Source of the DNA: Akkermansia muciniphila ATCC BAA-835
GTDB taxonomy: Bacteria; Verrucomicrobiota; Verrucomicrobiia; Verrucomicrobiales; Akkermansiaceae
NCBI RefSeq assembly: GCF_000020225.1
Contig: NC_010655.1
Span: 540,001-572,000 of the forward strand
Direction: 5' to 3'
Length of the DNA: 32,000 bases
The notes beneath the pieces were generated by a model. It saw only the letters and a program-made list of their open reading frames with translations, did no database searches and was not told the DNA's origin. Below, in pieces: positions 9,410-17,271 of the stretch. The position numbers and the translations under genes are program-made. How positions within the stretch are numbered: the first letter of the stretch is position 1; each line of letters opens with the position of its first letter.

Positions 9410-10285
9410 ATGATGGACTTGGCTCCGATATTGACGGGCATAGCCGTTGCAGGCCTGATTTGCCAGGCAACGGCCGTGCCTGTCCCTTTTAAGGTAGAAG
9501 CCATCCTCCCCCAGGCGGAAGGGGCGCCGTATGCGACCATGGCGGCGCAAATCGGTAAAGACATGCTGGCCTCCTTGATTCCCTACCGGGTTTTAAAAAA
9601 CGGAGGCGTGACCTACCACCTCGGGGACAAGAGTACCCCTCCCCTTCAGGTTTGGGCCCAGGAAAAGCTCACAGGCCTGACAATCTTTAAGGTGGATCCA
9701 GCCCATATATACGACGGGCAGGCAGACCTGACCCCTCCCGGCATTCTTAAACGCGGCGACAAACTGTCCTTTGCCAGCAGCAAAAATGAGACCACGCAGG
9801 GAATTTACGTGGGCATGGAACATTCCATCGGGGACACCAGTTTCCCCCTGAGGCTCATCCGCGCCCAGTTCCCCAAGCTGGCAGTCCCCCCCATCGGCCA
9901 ACCATGCTACGACTCTGAAAACCGTCTGGTCGGCATTGTTCTGGGCGTTTCCCGCAAAGGAACCTGCCACCTGCTGCCCGCCCGTGCCATCTCCTTCCTG
10001 GCAACCCATCCGGAAGCCAAAAGAGTGCGCCTGGGTTGCCTGCTGGACATCAACTCCTCAACCCCCGTCATTGAGGGCCTTATCAACGGAGGTCCTCTTG
10101 CACGGGGAGGAATTCAGACCGGGGACATCCTCATCAACATCAACGACACGCCCATCCGCAACTACGGAGACATGCTGGACGCCACTTATTACCTAACAGG
10201 AGACAAACCTCTGTCTATCGAAGTCATCCGCGGCACCCAGGTGGTAACAAGCAAGGGAATCCTCCCCACGCAGGATCCCCGTTAA
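9410..10285 (+). CDS. PDZ domain protein with a degenerate trypsin-like (DegS/HtrA-like) N-terminal region
   Basis: N-terminal hydrophobic anchor or signal. Clear C-terminal PDZ (GGIQTGDILININDTPIRNYGDMLDATYYLTGDKPLSIEVIRGTQVV). Where HtrA proteases carry GNSGGPL..G.VVGI, this protein reads PIGQPCYDSENRLVGIV, so no G-x-S-G-G motif is visible. Confidence 0.7.
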   Translation: MMDLAPILTGIAVAGLICQATAVPVPFKVEAILPQAEGAPYATMAAQIGKDMLASLIPYRVLKNGGVTYHLGDKSTPPLQVWAQEKLTGLTIFKVDPAHIYDGQADLTPPGILKRGDKLSFASSKNETTQGIYVGMEHSIGDTSFPLRLIRAQFPKLAVPPIGQPCYDSENRLVGIVLGVSRKGTCHLLPARAISFLATHPEAKRVRLGCLLDINSSTPVIEGLINGGPLARGGIQTGDILININDTPIRNYGDMLDATYYLTGDKPLSIEVIRGTQVVTSKGILPTQDPR

Positions 10286-10396
10286 TCCAAATCCGGGCTC
10301 CAAGTAAATGCCGGGGCCCCGGACGGCTCCCGCTCAAAATCGCCCAGAACCTTCTTTCAGGCTTGAACTCGCCCGCCGGCGCACTTAAAAAAGGGC

Positions 10397-10765
10397 GTGC
10401 TTCAAATCGTCTTCAATAAAATCAGCGCTGCGGAAGTATCCAGCATCCCCACCTTGGAACAGCTGGATCTGCTCGGAGACTTCCAAGTCTCAGAATCCAC
10501 CCTCCAGACCCTGGATGACGCCCGTTTCGGCAAGATGGAAAAGGATGGTAAAATTCTTTATCGCTACGTCGCCAAAGATTACCGCATTTACTTTGAAGTT
10601 ATCGAAGGCAAAGTGATCGTCCACCGCGTCCTGCACGCCAACAGCCTGAACGATTTCCTGTTTCGCACCAATATTTCCCCGACTGCCGGGGAAGATGAAA
10701 TCCTGAGCCAGTCCAAGCACTTCTGGAAACTTATCGACGAAGGCAAAAACGCCTCCAAAGCCTGA
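10397..10765 (+). CDS. RelE/ParE-fold-like small protein (hypothetical)
   Basis: GTG-initiated ORF with neighbour-like codon usage. The core GKILYRYVAKDYRIYFEVIEGKVIVHRVLHA resembles the RelE/ParE signature (g.yR.RvGdYRiiY.i....v.i..v.hR). An extra ~40 aa sits at the C-terminus. It ends 13 bp before coaC. Confidence 0.45.
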   Translation: MLQIVFNKISAAEVSSIPTLEQLDLLGDFQVSESTLQTLDDARFGKMEKDGKILYRYVAKDYRIYFEVIEGKVIVHRVLHANSLNDFLFRTNISPTAGEDEILSQSKHFWKLIDEGKNASKA

Positions 10766-10778
10766 CCTTTTCCCATTC

Positions 10779-11318
10779 ATGGCCTGCATCATTCTGGGCG
10801 TCACCGGCTCCATTGCCGCATACAAAGCGGCGGATATCGCTTCCGCCCTGGTCAAATACGGTCATGAAGTGCACTGCGTCTGCACAGCCAAGGCCCTTGA
10901 ATTCGTCACTCCCCTCACCCTGCACACGATTTCCCGCAACCCCGTCTTTTCCTCCTTTGAGGATGAAAAGACGGACTGGGTTCCCCCACACATCCAACTG
11001 GCCCAACGGGCGGATCTTCTGCTTGTAGCCCCAGCCACGGCAAACACCATGGCCAATTTTGCCCATGGCTTCGCTCCGGACATGCTCAGTTCCCTCTACC
11101 TGGCTTGCCAGTCTCCGGTGCTTATTTGCCCAGCTATGAACGTCCACATGTGGGAACATGCGGCCACGCAGCAAAACGCGGCCGTTCTGAAGCAAAGGAA
11201 GGATCATTACATCCTCGGCCCCAGTGAATCCGGAATTCTGGCCTGCGGAGCGGAAGGCGCGGGAAAACTCATGCCGGTGGACAAGATTATTCAAAAAACA
11301 CTCTCCCTTCTGCCGTAA
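10779..11318 (+). CDS. coaC: phosphopantothenoylcysteine decarboxylase (stand-alone flavoprotein, CoaC half of CoaBC)
   Basis: GVTGSIAAYKA FMN-binding start and the PATANTMANFAHG block. 179 aa with no fused CoaB domain. Confidence 0.85.
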   Translation: MACIILGVTGSIAAYKAADIASALVKYGHEVHCVCTAKALEFVTPLTLHTISRNPVFSSFEDEKTDWVPPHIQLAQRADLLLVAPATANTMANFAHGFAPDMLSSLYLACQSPVLICPAMNVHMWEHAATQQNAAVLKQRKDHYILGPSESGILACGAEGAGKLMPVDKIIQKTLSLLP

Positions 11319-11391
11319 GGACGGCAAAAATCGCTCCATGCCTGTTTATTGGTTTGCCCCCGGAGAACTAAATCTTCTATCATGGACGCAT

Positions 11392-11967
11392 ATGAAAATG
11401 CTCCTGTTCCTCTTCAGTTCCCTCATGCTCTGCTCCTGCGGTCCGGATAAATATCCCATCAGCTTTCATATGGAGACGGGAGCGACGGACAGCAAAAAAT
11501 TCGCCTTTGAAAGGGACGGTCATTACTATAGCAAGGCCCCCTTTATTTCCCATAAGGACATTGAATCCTATTATTCCTTCCCTGCGCCGGACAACACCTA
11601 CGGCATCGTCGTCAACGTCCGGAAAGGCCTGGGCAGCCGGGTGGAAGGAATAACCGCCTCCAACCTGGGCAGGCAAATACTGCCCATCGTCAACGGCCAT
11701 GCCATGCAGCCCCTGCGCCTTTACAGCAAACCTGTCACCTCAGGAAAACTGGCAGTCATGGGAGGGTTCTCCCCGGCGGATCTTGCCGCCATGGCGGAAT
11801 TTATTCCCCCGGCGGATCCCAAGAGAGAAGAACCCATCAACAAACTGGCCGCCGTTACCAGGCCTCTTCTTCCCAGCAAGGACCCTGCTCAGGAAAAGAA
11901 GGAGGCCAAAGACCCTGAAGAACACAAAGACCGTACCGTGATCAGCACCCGCCGGGGGCGGATCTGA
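11392..11967 (+). CDS. lipoprotein, function unknown
   Basis: The track ORF starts at 11224 but would overlap coaC by 95 nt. The in-frame ATG at 11392 gives MKMLLFLFSSLMLCSCG, a signal peptide with a lipobox-like cysteine. The C-terminal tail is Lys/Glu/Pro-rich. Confidence 0.65.
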   Translation: MKMLLFLFSSLMLCSCGPDKYPISFHMETGATDSKKFAFERDGHYYSKAPFISHKDIESYYSFPAPDNTYGIVVNVRKGLGSRVEGITASNLGRQILPIVNGHAMQPLRLYSKPVTSGKLAVMGGFSPADLAAMAEFIPPADPKREEPINKLAAVTRPLLPSKDPAQEKKEAKDPEEHKDRTVISTRRGRI

Positions 11968-11988
11968 GCCAGCACCCCTCGTATCAGC

Positions 11989-13032
11989 ATGCACGGCAAA
12001 TCCTTTCCTCTCCTGACCGGCATCCTCCTGTTTCTTTGGGGCATGCCATTACTGATGGCGGATATTGTAGTGCGCTTCCCCACGGAAAATACAGCCCTGC
12101 TGGACAACCGCCCGCAGGACTTTTACATGTATGTAGACCGCAATTTTGAAGGGAAGAAATCCCAGCCGTGGGAAGCTGGAGCCTACGGCTTTACCCGGAC
12201 CCTCGTCAGAACCCAGGCAGGCCCCGTGGCCGTCAAATTTCATGAGGGTATCGACATTAAACCTCTCAGGAGGGATGCTTCCGGCACGCCGCTGGACGAC
12301 GTGCACCCCGTAGCCGGAGGCACGGTAGTCCATGCCTCCGCCAACCCAACCCATAGCAATTACGGCCGCTATGTGGTCATTGAGCACCAGCTGAAGGACG
12401 GCCCGCTTTACAGCCTGTATGCCCATCTGGCCTCCGTCTCCTGCAGGAAAGGCGACCGGGTAGGAACCGGAAACGTTATTGGAAAGCTGGGATACTCCGG
12501 GGTGGGTTTGAACAAAACGCGTGCTCATGTGCATCTGGAACTCTGCCTCAAGCTACAAGATGACTTTGAAAACTGGTATTCCAGTCTGAAACTGGGCACT
12601 CCCAACCGCCACGGTTCCTATAACGGACTCAATTTGGCCGGCTTTGACCCGGCACCCGTCCTCCTGCAATGCAAGGACGGGGCGGAATTTTCCCTCTCTC
12701 GCCATATCTCCTCCCTGCCGGTCCAATACGTCGTGCGGGCTCCCTCTTCCGGCGAACTGCCCAGCCTTGTCAAACGCTACCCCTTCCTCCTGAAGCCGGG
12801 GCCCTCCGACCCCAAATCCTGGGAAATCAGTTTCACGGGAGAAGGAGTTCCCGTTTCCGTGACTCCTTCCAGCCAACCGTGCACGGAACCCGTCGTCATC
12901 CGGGCCGTTCCGCATCCTTTCTCCCAACTGTACAGGACCTGCAACCGCGTTTCCGGCTCCAGCAAGGACCCTAAGCTTACCGCCGCCGGCAAACGCTACA
13001 TCCGGCTCATCTTCATGGGGCCTGAATCATAA
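11989..13032 (+). CDS. M23 family (LytM-type) metallopeptidase
   Basis: HEGIDIKP (H-x-x-x-D) and AHVHLEL (H-x-H) zinc ligand motifs, plus YGRYVVIEH...SLYAHL, after an N-terminal signal or anchor. Confidence 0.85.
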   Translation: MHGKSFPLLTGILLFLWGMPLLMADIVVRFPTENTALLDNRPQDFYMYVDRNFEGKKSQPWEAGAYGFTRTLVRTQAGPVAVKFHEGIDIKPLRRDASGTPLDDVHPVAGGTVVHASANPTHSNYGRYVVIEHQLKDGPLYSLYAHLASVSCRKGDRVGTGNVIGKLGYSGVGLNKTRAHVHLELCLKLQDDFENWYSSLKLGTPNRHGSYNGLNLAGFDPAPVLLQCKDGAEFSLSRHISSLPVQYVVRAPSSGELPSLVKRYPFLLKPGPSDPKSWEISFTGEGVPVSVTPSSQPCTEPVVIRAVPHPFSQLYRTCNRVSGSSKDPKLTAAGKRYIRLIFMGPES

Positions 13033-13039
13033 TCCTACG

Positions 13040-15694
13040 ATGATGCAAACCTTTTCCAGATTCCGTTTTCCCCATGCCGTTCTCACATCCTGCGCGGCTG
13101 TCCTGCTTTCCCTGGGCGGCGCTTCCCCTGCAGCTGCCGCCCCCTCTGCGGGAGACACCTTTCCGCAGGACAGGCAGGACCTCCTGAAAAACAAAAAATA
13201 CCAGCAGGGACTGAAAGCCCTGGAAAACCGCCTTCCCCTGGAAGCCAGCAAACACTTCCAGGAATGCCTGTCTTCCCAAAACCTTACGGAATCACAAAAA
13301 GCCATAATCCGCCCCTTTCTGGCAGAAGCCCTGATCCGCGCCAAAAAAACGGAAGAAGGACTGAATGCCTGGGAGCAGCTGCCGGACTCTCCCATGAAAT
13401 CCTACTGGACGGCGGTAGGCCTCTTCAATAAAGGCTCCTTTACCAAAGCCCTGGAAAAACTTACCGCTATCCCGGAAACGGATCCGCTTTCCCTCTACGG
13501 GCTTCAATTGAAAGCCCAGCTTGCGCGCCAGCTTCAGGACCGACAGCTTTTACTGGAAACCCTCAGCAGGCTGGGGCAGGCGGAATCCCCCGCCGTCTCC
13601 CGCCCCGCGCGCCTTCTTCTGGCGGATGTACTGGTGAATCAGGAATGTTACCAGAACGCCGCCGCCATTCTTGAACAACTCAAAACGGAAGACGGGACGG
13701 ACAGCAACCGGCTCATACGTTCATACGCCGAGCTCATAGAAGGCAAGCTGGCCGGCAAACAGGGAAATCTGGACCAGGCCATCAAAACCTTCTCCGCCGT
13801 TATGGACAACAAATCCTATCCGGAAAAAATCCGTGATCTGGGCCGCCTGGCTCTCGCCAAGGCGGAAATAGATCGGGAAAAAAGCAATCCGGAACAGGCG
13901 GAAGAGGAAACGCGGTCCCTGCCTCAGGAAGAGGAAGCTCCGCACACCGCCGGAACGGCGGAGGAACGCCTGTTGGCGTTCATTGGCGGCAAAGCGGAAT
14001 CCGCCTTGCTGATGGACGCCTTCAACATTCTGCTGGAGGAAGACATCTTTCGAACCAATCCCCAGGCTCTGGAAAAACTCAACGGCTGGGTAAAAGCCAG
14101 GGATGCATCCCGCCAGCCGGCAGCCATGTATGCCATGGGAATCCTTCTTCTGGAAAAAGATGACCTGTCAGGCGCCGTCAAAATGGCGGAAGAGGGGCTC
14201 TCCAAATATCCCCAGAGCCTTCCCGTTCAAATTCTTTCTCTGAATACCATTACTGTTTTGCTGGATAAAAACCGTCTGCAGGATGCGGAACGTCTTATTT
14301 CCAAATATCCCGGTTCATCCCCTGACCTCGTCTTTCAACAGGGAGCCCTGGCTTTCCTCAAAAAAGACTACTCCCTGGCGCAGAAATTTTTCCGGGAAGC
14401 GGCCCGCCGCGCTTCGGAAACAACGGCGGAAAACGCCCTGTTCAATGAAAACCTGGCCGCCCTGAACGCCAATGACGCCTCCGGAGCTGCCGCTCTCATC
14501 AAGGAAGCCTCAGGCTCTTCCCGGCTCCGGGAGAGCATCCTCTTTGAACAGGCCCATTACGCCGCTAAAAGGATGGCCCCTCAGGCTGCTGAATTGCTGG
14601 CAAATTTCATAACTCTGGCGGAAACTCCGGCCCTGAAAACCCAGGCGCGGCTGGACCAGGTGGAAGTAGCCCTGAATCTCAACCCTCCGGACCTGGAAAC
14701 CGTGCAGGCTATCCTTCCCCTGTTGGAAAAAGAGCAGTTGTCTCCGGAACAGACCATGCAGCTGGCGCGGCTGAATATTCTGGAGGCGGAAAGCCGGCAG
14801 GAATGGCCCAACGCCATTCAGTCCTGCCGACGAGCCATTGCCCTGGATTCGGAAGGCAAACAGGCGGACATGCTTTACCTCAAACTGGGAGAGCTTCTGT
14901 ACAAAAACGGAGACTTCCATGAAGCGCAGCTTGTCCTCCAGCCCTTTCCCTCCAAATACCCTGACAGCCCTCTTCAGGCGGCAGCCCTCTTTCTGGCAGG
15001 AAAAGCCGCCCAGCAAAGCAATACCGGCAGCACGCTGAACGCCGCCCTGAACATCTTCAAAACCCTAGGCACGGGGGACACCCCCTTTGCCCAGCCTGCC
15101 AGAATAGAAGAAGCCTCCGTTCTGCTGCGCATGGGGAAAGCGGACCAATGCATCGTCGCCCTGGAGAACCTGCTTTCCTCCCCATTGCCGCGCTACATGC
15201 GCCTGCTGGCCCTCTCCATCCAGGCGGATGCATGGGTAGCTAAGGAAGATACCCATTCGGACACTCTTCGCAAGGCCATCAACCTCTGTACGGAAATCCT
15301 GGACACGCCCAACCTGGGACTGGCCTGGAAATTCAAGGCTCTGACCCAGCGGGCCCAGTTCTATGAACGAATGAACGAACAAAAAAAAGCGCTGGATGAC
15401 TATGCCTCCATTCTGGCCCATACGCCCAGCGGAAGTTCCGCCAACAAACGCAGGGACTGGCACTGGTTCTACAACGCCGGCTTCGCCTCCATCCGCCTGC
15501 TGGGCCAGCTTCAGGACTGGGACGGAGCCCTGGCGCTGGCAAAAAAACTGGCGCAGACTTCCGGCCCCAGAGCCAGGGAAGCAGCGGCTTACGCGCGCCG
15601 CATCCAGCTGGAACATTTCATTTGGCAGGATGAACCGGAAGCCTCTGCGCCGGAAAACGGAAAGACGGCGACACCGGATCAAACCGCGGATTAA
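13040..15694 (+). CDS. large secreted tetratricopeptide-repeat (TPR-like) protein
   Basis: Signal peptide (…LLSLGGASPAAAAP). 884 aa of Ala/Leu-rich helical repeats with recurring (Y/F)xxAxxxF/L...G...A patterns. Starts 7 bp after the M23 gene. Confidence 0.75.
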   Translation: MMQTFSRFRFPHAVLTSCAAVLLSLGGASPAAAAPSAGDTFPQDRQDLLKNKKYQQGLKALENRLPLEASKHFQECLSSQNLTESQKAIIRPFLAEALIRAKKTEEGLNAWEQLPDSPMKSYWTAVGLFNKGSFTKALEKLTAIPETDPLSLYGLQLKAQLARQLQDRQLLLETLSRLGQAESPAVSRPARLLLADVLVNQECYQNAAAILEQLKTEDGTDSNRLIRSYAELIEGKLAGKQGNLDQAIKTFSAVMDNKSYPEKIRDLGRLALAKAEIDREKSNPEQAEEETRSLPQEEEAPHTAGTAEERLLAFIGGKAESALLMDAFNILLEEDIFRTNPQALEKLNGWVKARDASRQPAAMYAMGILLLEKDDLSGAVKMAEEGLSKYPQSLPVQILSLNTITVLLDKNRLQDAERLISKYPGSSPDLVFQQGALAFLKKDYSLAQKFFREAARRASETTAENALFNENLAALNANDASGAAALIKEASGSSRLRESILFEQAHYAAKRMAPQAAELLANFITLAETPALKTQARLDQVEVALNLNPPDLETVQAILPLLEKEQLSPEQTMQLARLNILEAESRQEWPNAIQSCRRAIALDSEGKQADMLYLKLGELLYKNGDFHEAQLVLQPFPSKYPDSPLQAAALFLAGKAAQQSNTGSTLNAALNIFKTLGTGDTPFAQPARIEEASVLLRMGKADQCIVALENLLSSPLPRYMRLLALSIQADAWVAKEDTHSDTLRKAINLCTEILDTPNLGLAWKFKALTQRAQFYERMNEQKKALDDYASILAHTPSGSSANKRRDWHWFYNAGFASIRLLGQLQDWDGALALAKKLAQTSGPRAREAAAYARRIQLEHFIWQDEPEASAPENGKTATPDQTAD

Positions 15695-15712
15695 GAAGCC
15701 TTTCCTCCTGTC

Positions 15713-17056
15713 ATGGATACCCCCCCCACAGCAAAAAACTGGAGACTCAACGCAGCAGCCATCATCATGGACGCTGAAGGCTGCGTATTGCTGGGCAAGG
15801 ACAGCGGCCGCAACCCGTACTGGCACTTTCCGCAGGGAGGCGTCATTAAACACGAAAGCATTGAACAGACTCTTGCGCGGGAGGTATGGGAGGAAGTGGG
15901 CCTGCGCCCCACGGAATACACCATTGTCAGCCGCCTGTCCGGCCTGCGTTACAAATACCCTTCCGGCAACCGTAAAGTTACGCGCTGGATAGGCCAGGAA
16001 CAAACCTACTTTCTTGTGCGCTGCAAAACCAGGCGCCCTAAAACGGATTTGCACCGCAGCCCCGAATTTTCAAAAACGAAATGGATTCCCCTCCAGAATC
16101 TCAAACTGGAAATGTTCCCCAAATTCAAAAGGAAAGTCATCAAAAACGCCCTTCAGCAATTCTTCGGGCCCGGCTTTCCTTCCAAACACGCCGCTGTGAA
16201 AACATCTTCCCCCTCCTCACCCTCATCTTCAACACTAACTTCGCGTACGATGAACCGTTACCTGGTGCCTCCGGGCAAAAAACTGCGTTTAAAGGATTAT
16301 TCTCCGGATGACAAATCTCTCTTCTCCGGAACCAAGGAAGAATCCCTGATTGAATTCGACAAACTGAGGGAAGAACTGCAGGAACTGCAAAAAAAACTTT
16401 TTGCTCAGCACAAGCACAAAATTCTGGTTATTCTTCAGGCCATGGATGCAGGAGGCAAGGACGGCTGCGTCAAGCATGTCTTCTCCCGGGTGGATCCGCA
16501 GGGGCTGCACGTAGTCCCCTTCAAAAAACCCACTACTGAGGAACTGGACCACGATTTCCTGTGGCGCGTTCACAAGGAGGTCCCCGCCAAAGGGCAGATC
16601 GCCATCTTCAACCGTTCCCATTACGAAGATATCATTGCCGTCCGCGTGAAAAAAATCTTCCCGGACCCAGTCTGGAAACGCCGCTACAAGCACGTCCTCG
16701 ACTTTGAAGCCATGCTTGCGGAAGAAGGCACCGTCATCATCAAGCTATTCCTGAATATCTCCAAGGCGGAACAGAAAAAACGGCTGGAATCCAGACTTCA
16801 GGACCCGGATAAACTTTGGAAATTCTGCATGGATGACCTGGATGACCGAAATCGTTGGGATGAATTCCAGACAGCCTACCAGGATCTCATTGAAAAAACA
16901 TCTACTCCGGAAGCTCCCTGGTACATTATCCCGGCAGACCGGAAATGGTACAGAAATCTGGTTGTCGCCCGCCTGATGGTAGAAAAACTGCGCCATCTCC
17001 AGCTTTCGCTCCCCACTCCCAACTTTGATCCAGCCTCCATCATCATTCCAGATTGA
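15713..17056 (+). CDS. fusion protein: RppH/NudH-like Nudix hydrolase (N-terminal) plus PPK2-family polyphosphate:nucleotide phosphotransferase (C-terminal)
   Basis: Complete Nudix box GGVIKHESIEQTLAREVWEEVGL, plus the RppH-like blocks WHFPQGG, LRYKYP, GQEQTYFLV and PEFSKTKW. A Ser/Pro linker follows (KTSSPSSPSSSTLTSRT). The PPK2 blocks are ILVILQAMDAGGKDG, HDFLWRVH and FNRSHYEDI. The ORF is uninterrupted. Confidence 0.85.
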   Translation: MDTPPTAKNWRLNAAAIIMDAEGCVLLGKDSGRNPYWHFPQGGVIKHESIEQTLAREVWEEVGLRPTEYTIVSRLSGLRYKYPSGNRKVTRWIGQEQTYFLVRCKTRRPKTDLHRSPEFSKTKWIPLQNLKLEMFPKFKRKVIKNALQQFFGPGFPSKHAAVKTSSPSSPSSSTLTSRTMNRYLVPPGKKLRLKDYSPDDKSLFSGTKEESLIEFDKLREELQELQKKLFAQHKHKILVILQAMDAGGKDGCVKHVFSRVDPQGLHVVPFKKPTTEELDHDFLWRVHKEVPAKGQIAIFNRSHYEDIIAVRVKKIFPDPVWKRRYKHVLDFEAMLAEEGTVIIKLFLNISKAEQKKRLESRLQDPDKLWKFCMDDLDDRNRWDEFQTAYQDLIEKTSTPEAPWYIIPADRKWYRNLVVARLMVEKLRHLQLSLPTPNFDPASIIIPD

Positions 17057-17271
17057 CAAAATCTGTCATAACGATAACTAATTTGTGCATCATAAAATTA
17101 TTTTTGTACATTTCTCGGTATTCAGTTGTCCCATTATTACAAAATCTGCATTATTCACAATAACAATCAAAACTTAGAATTTCTAACGCTTGACTGTTCT
17201 AGTGAAAAATTGTTAGAAAACAACTTAACACCTAGAACGTGTAAACATTCTACATAGAAAAACAAAATCAA
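17057..17271 (+). promoter_or_regulatory. 215-bp AT-rich intergenic region with operator-like palindromes upstream of the DeoR regulator
   Basis: TTGACA at 17053-17058 and TTGACT at 17190-17195. Perfect palindrome TTAGAA-T-TTCTAA at 17174-17186. Inverted pair GTTCTAG (17196-17202) / CTAGAAC (17232-17238). Direct repeat ACAAAATCTG at 17056-17065 and 17139-17148. Confidence 0.55.

Noticed and set aside
11224-11391. The upstream start (11224) for the lipoprotein ORF.
   Set aside because: It would overlap coaC by 95 nt and add a basic non-signal N-terminus. The ATG at 11392 yields a canonical signal peptide and lipobox.
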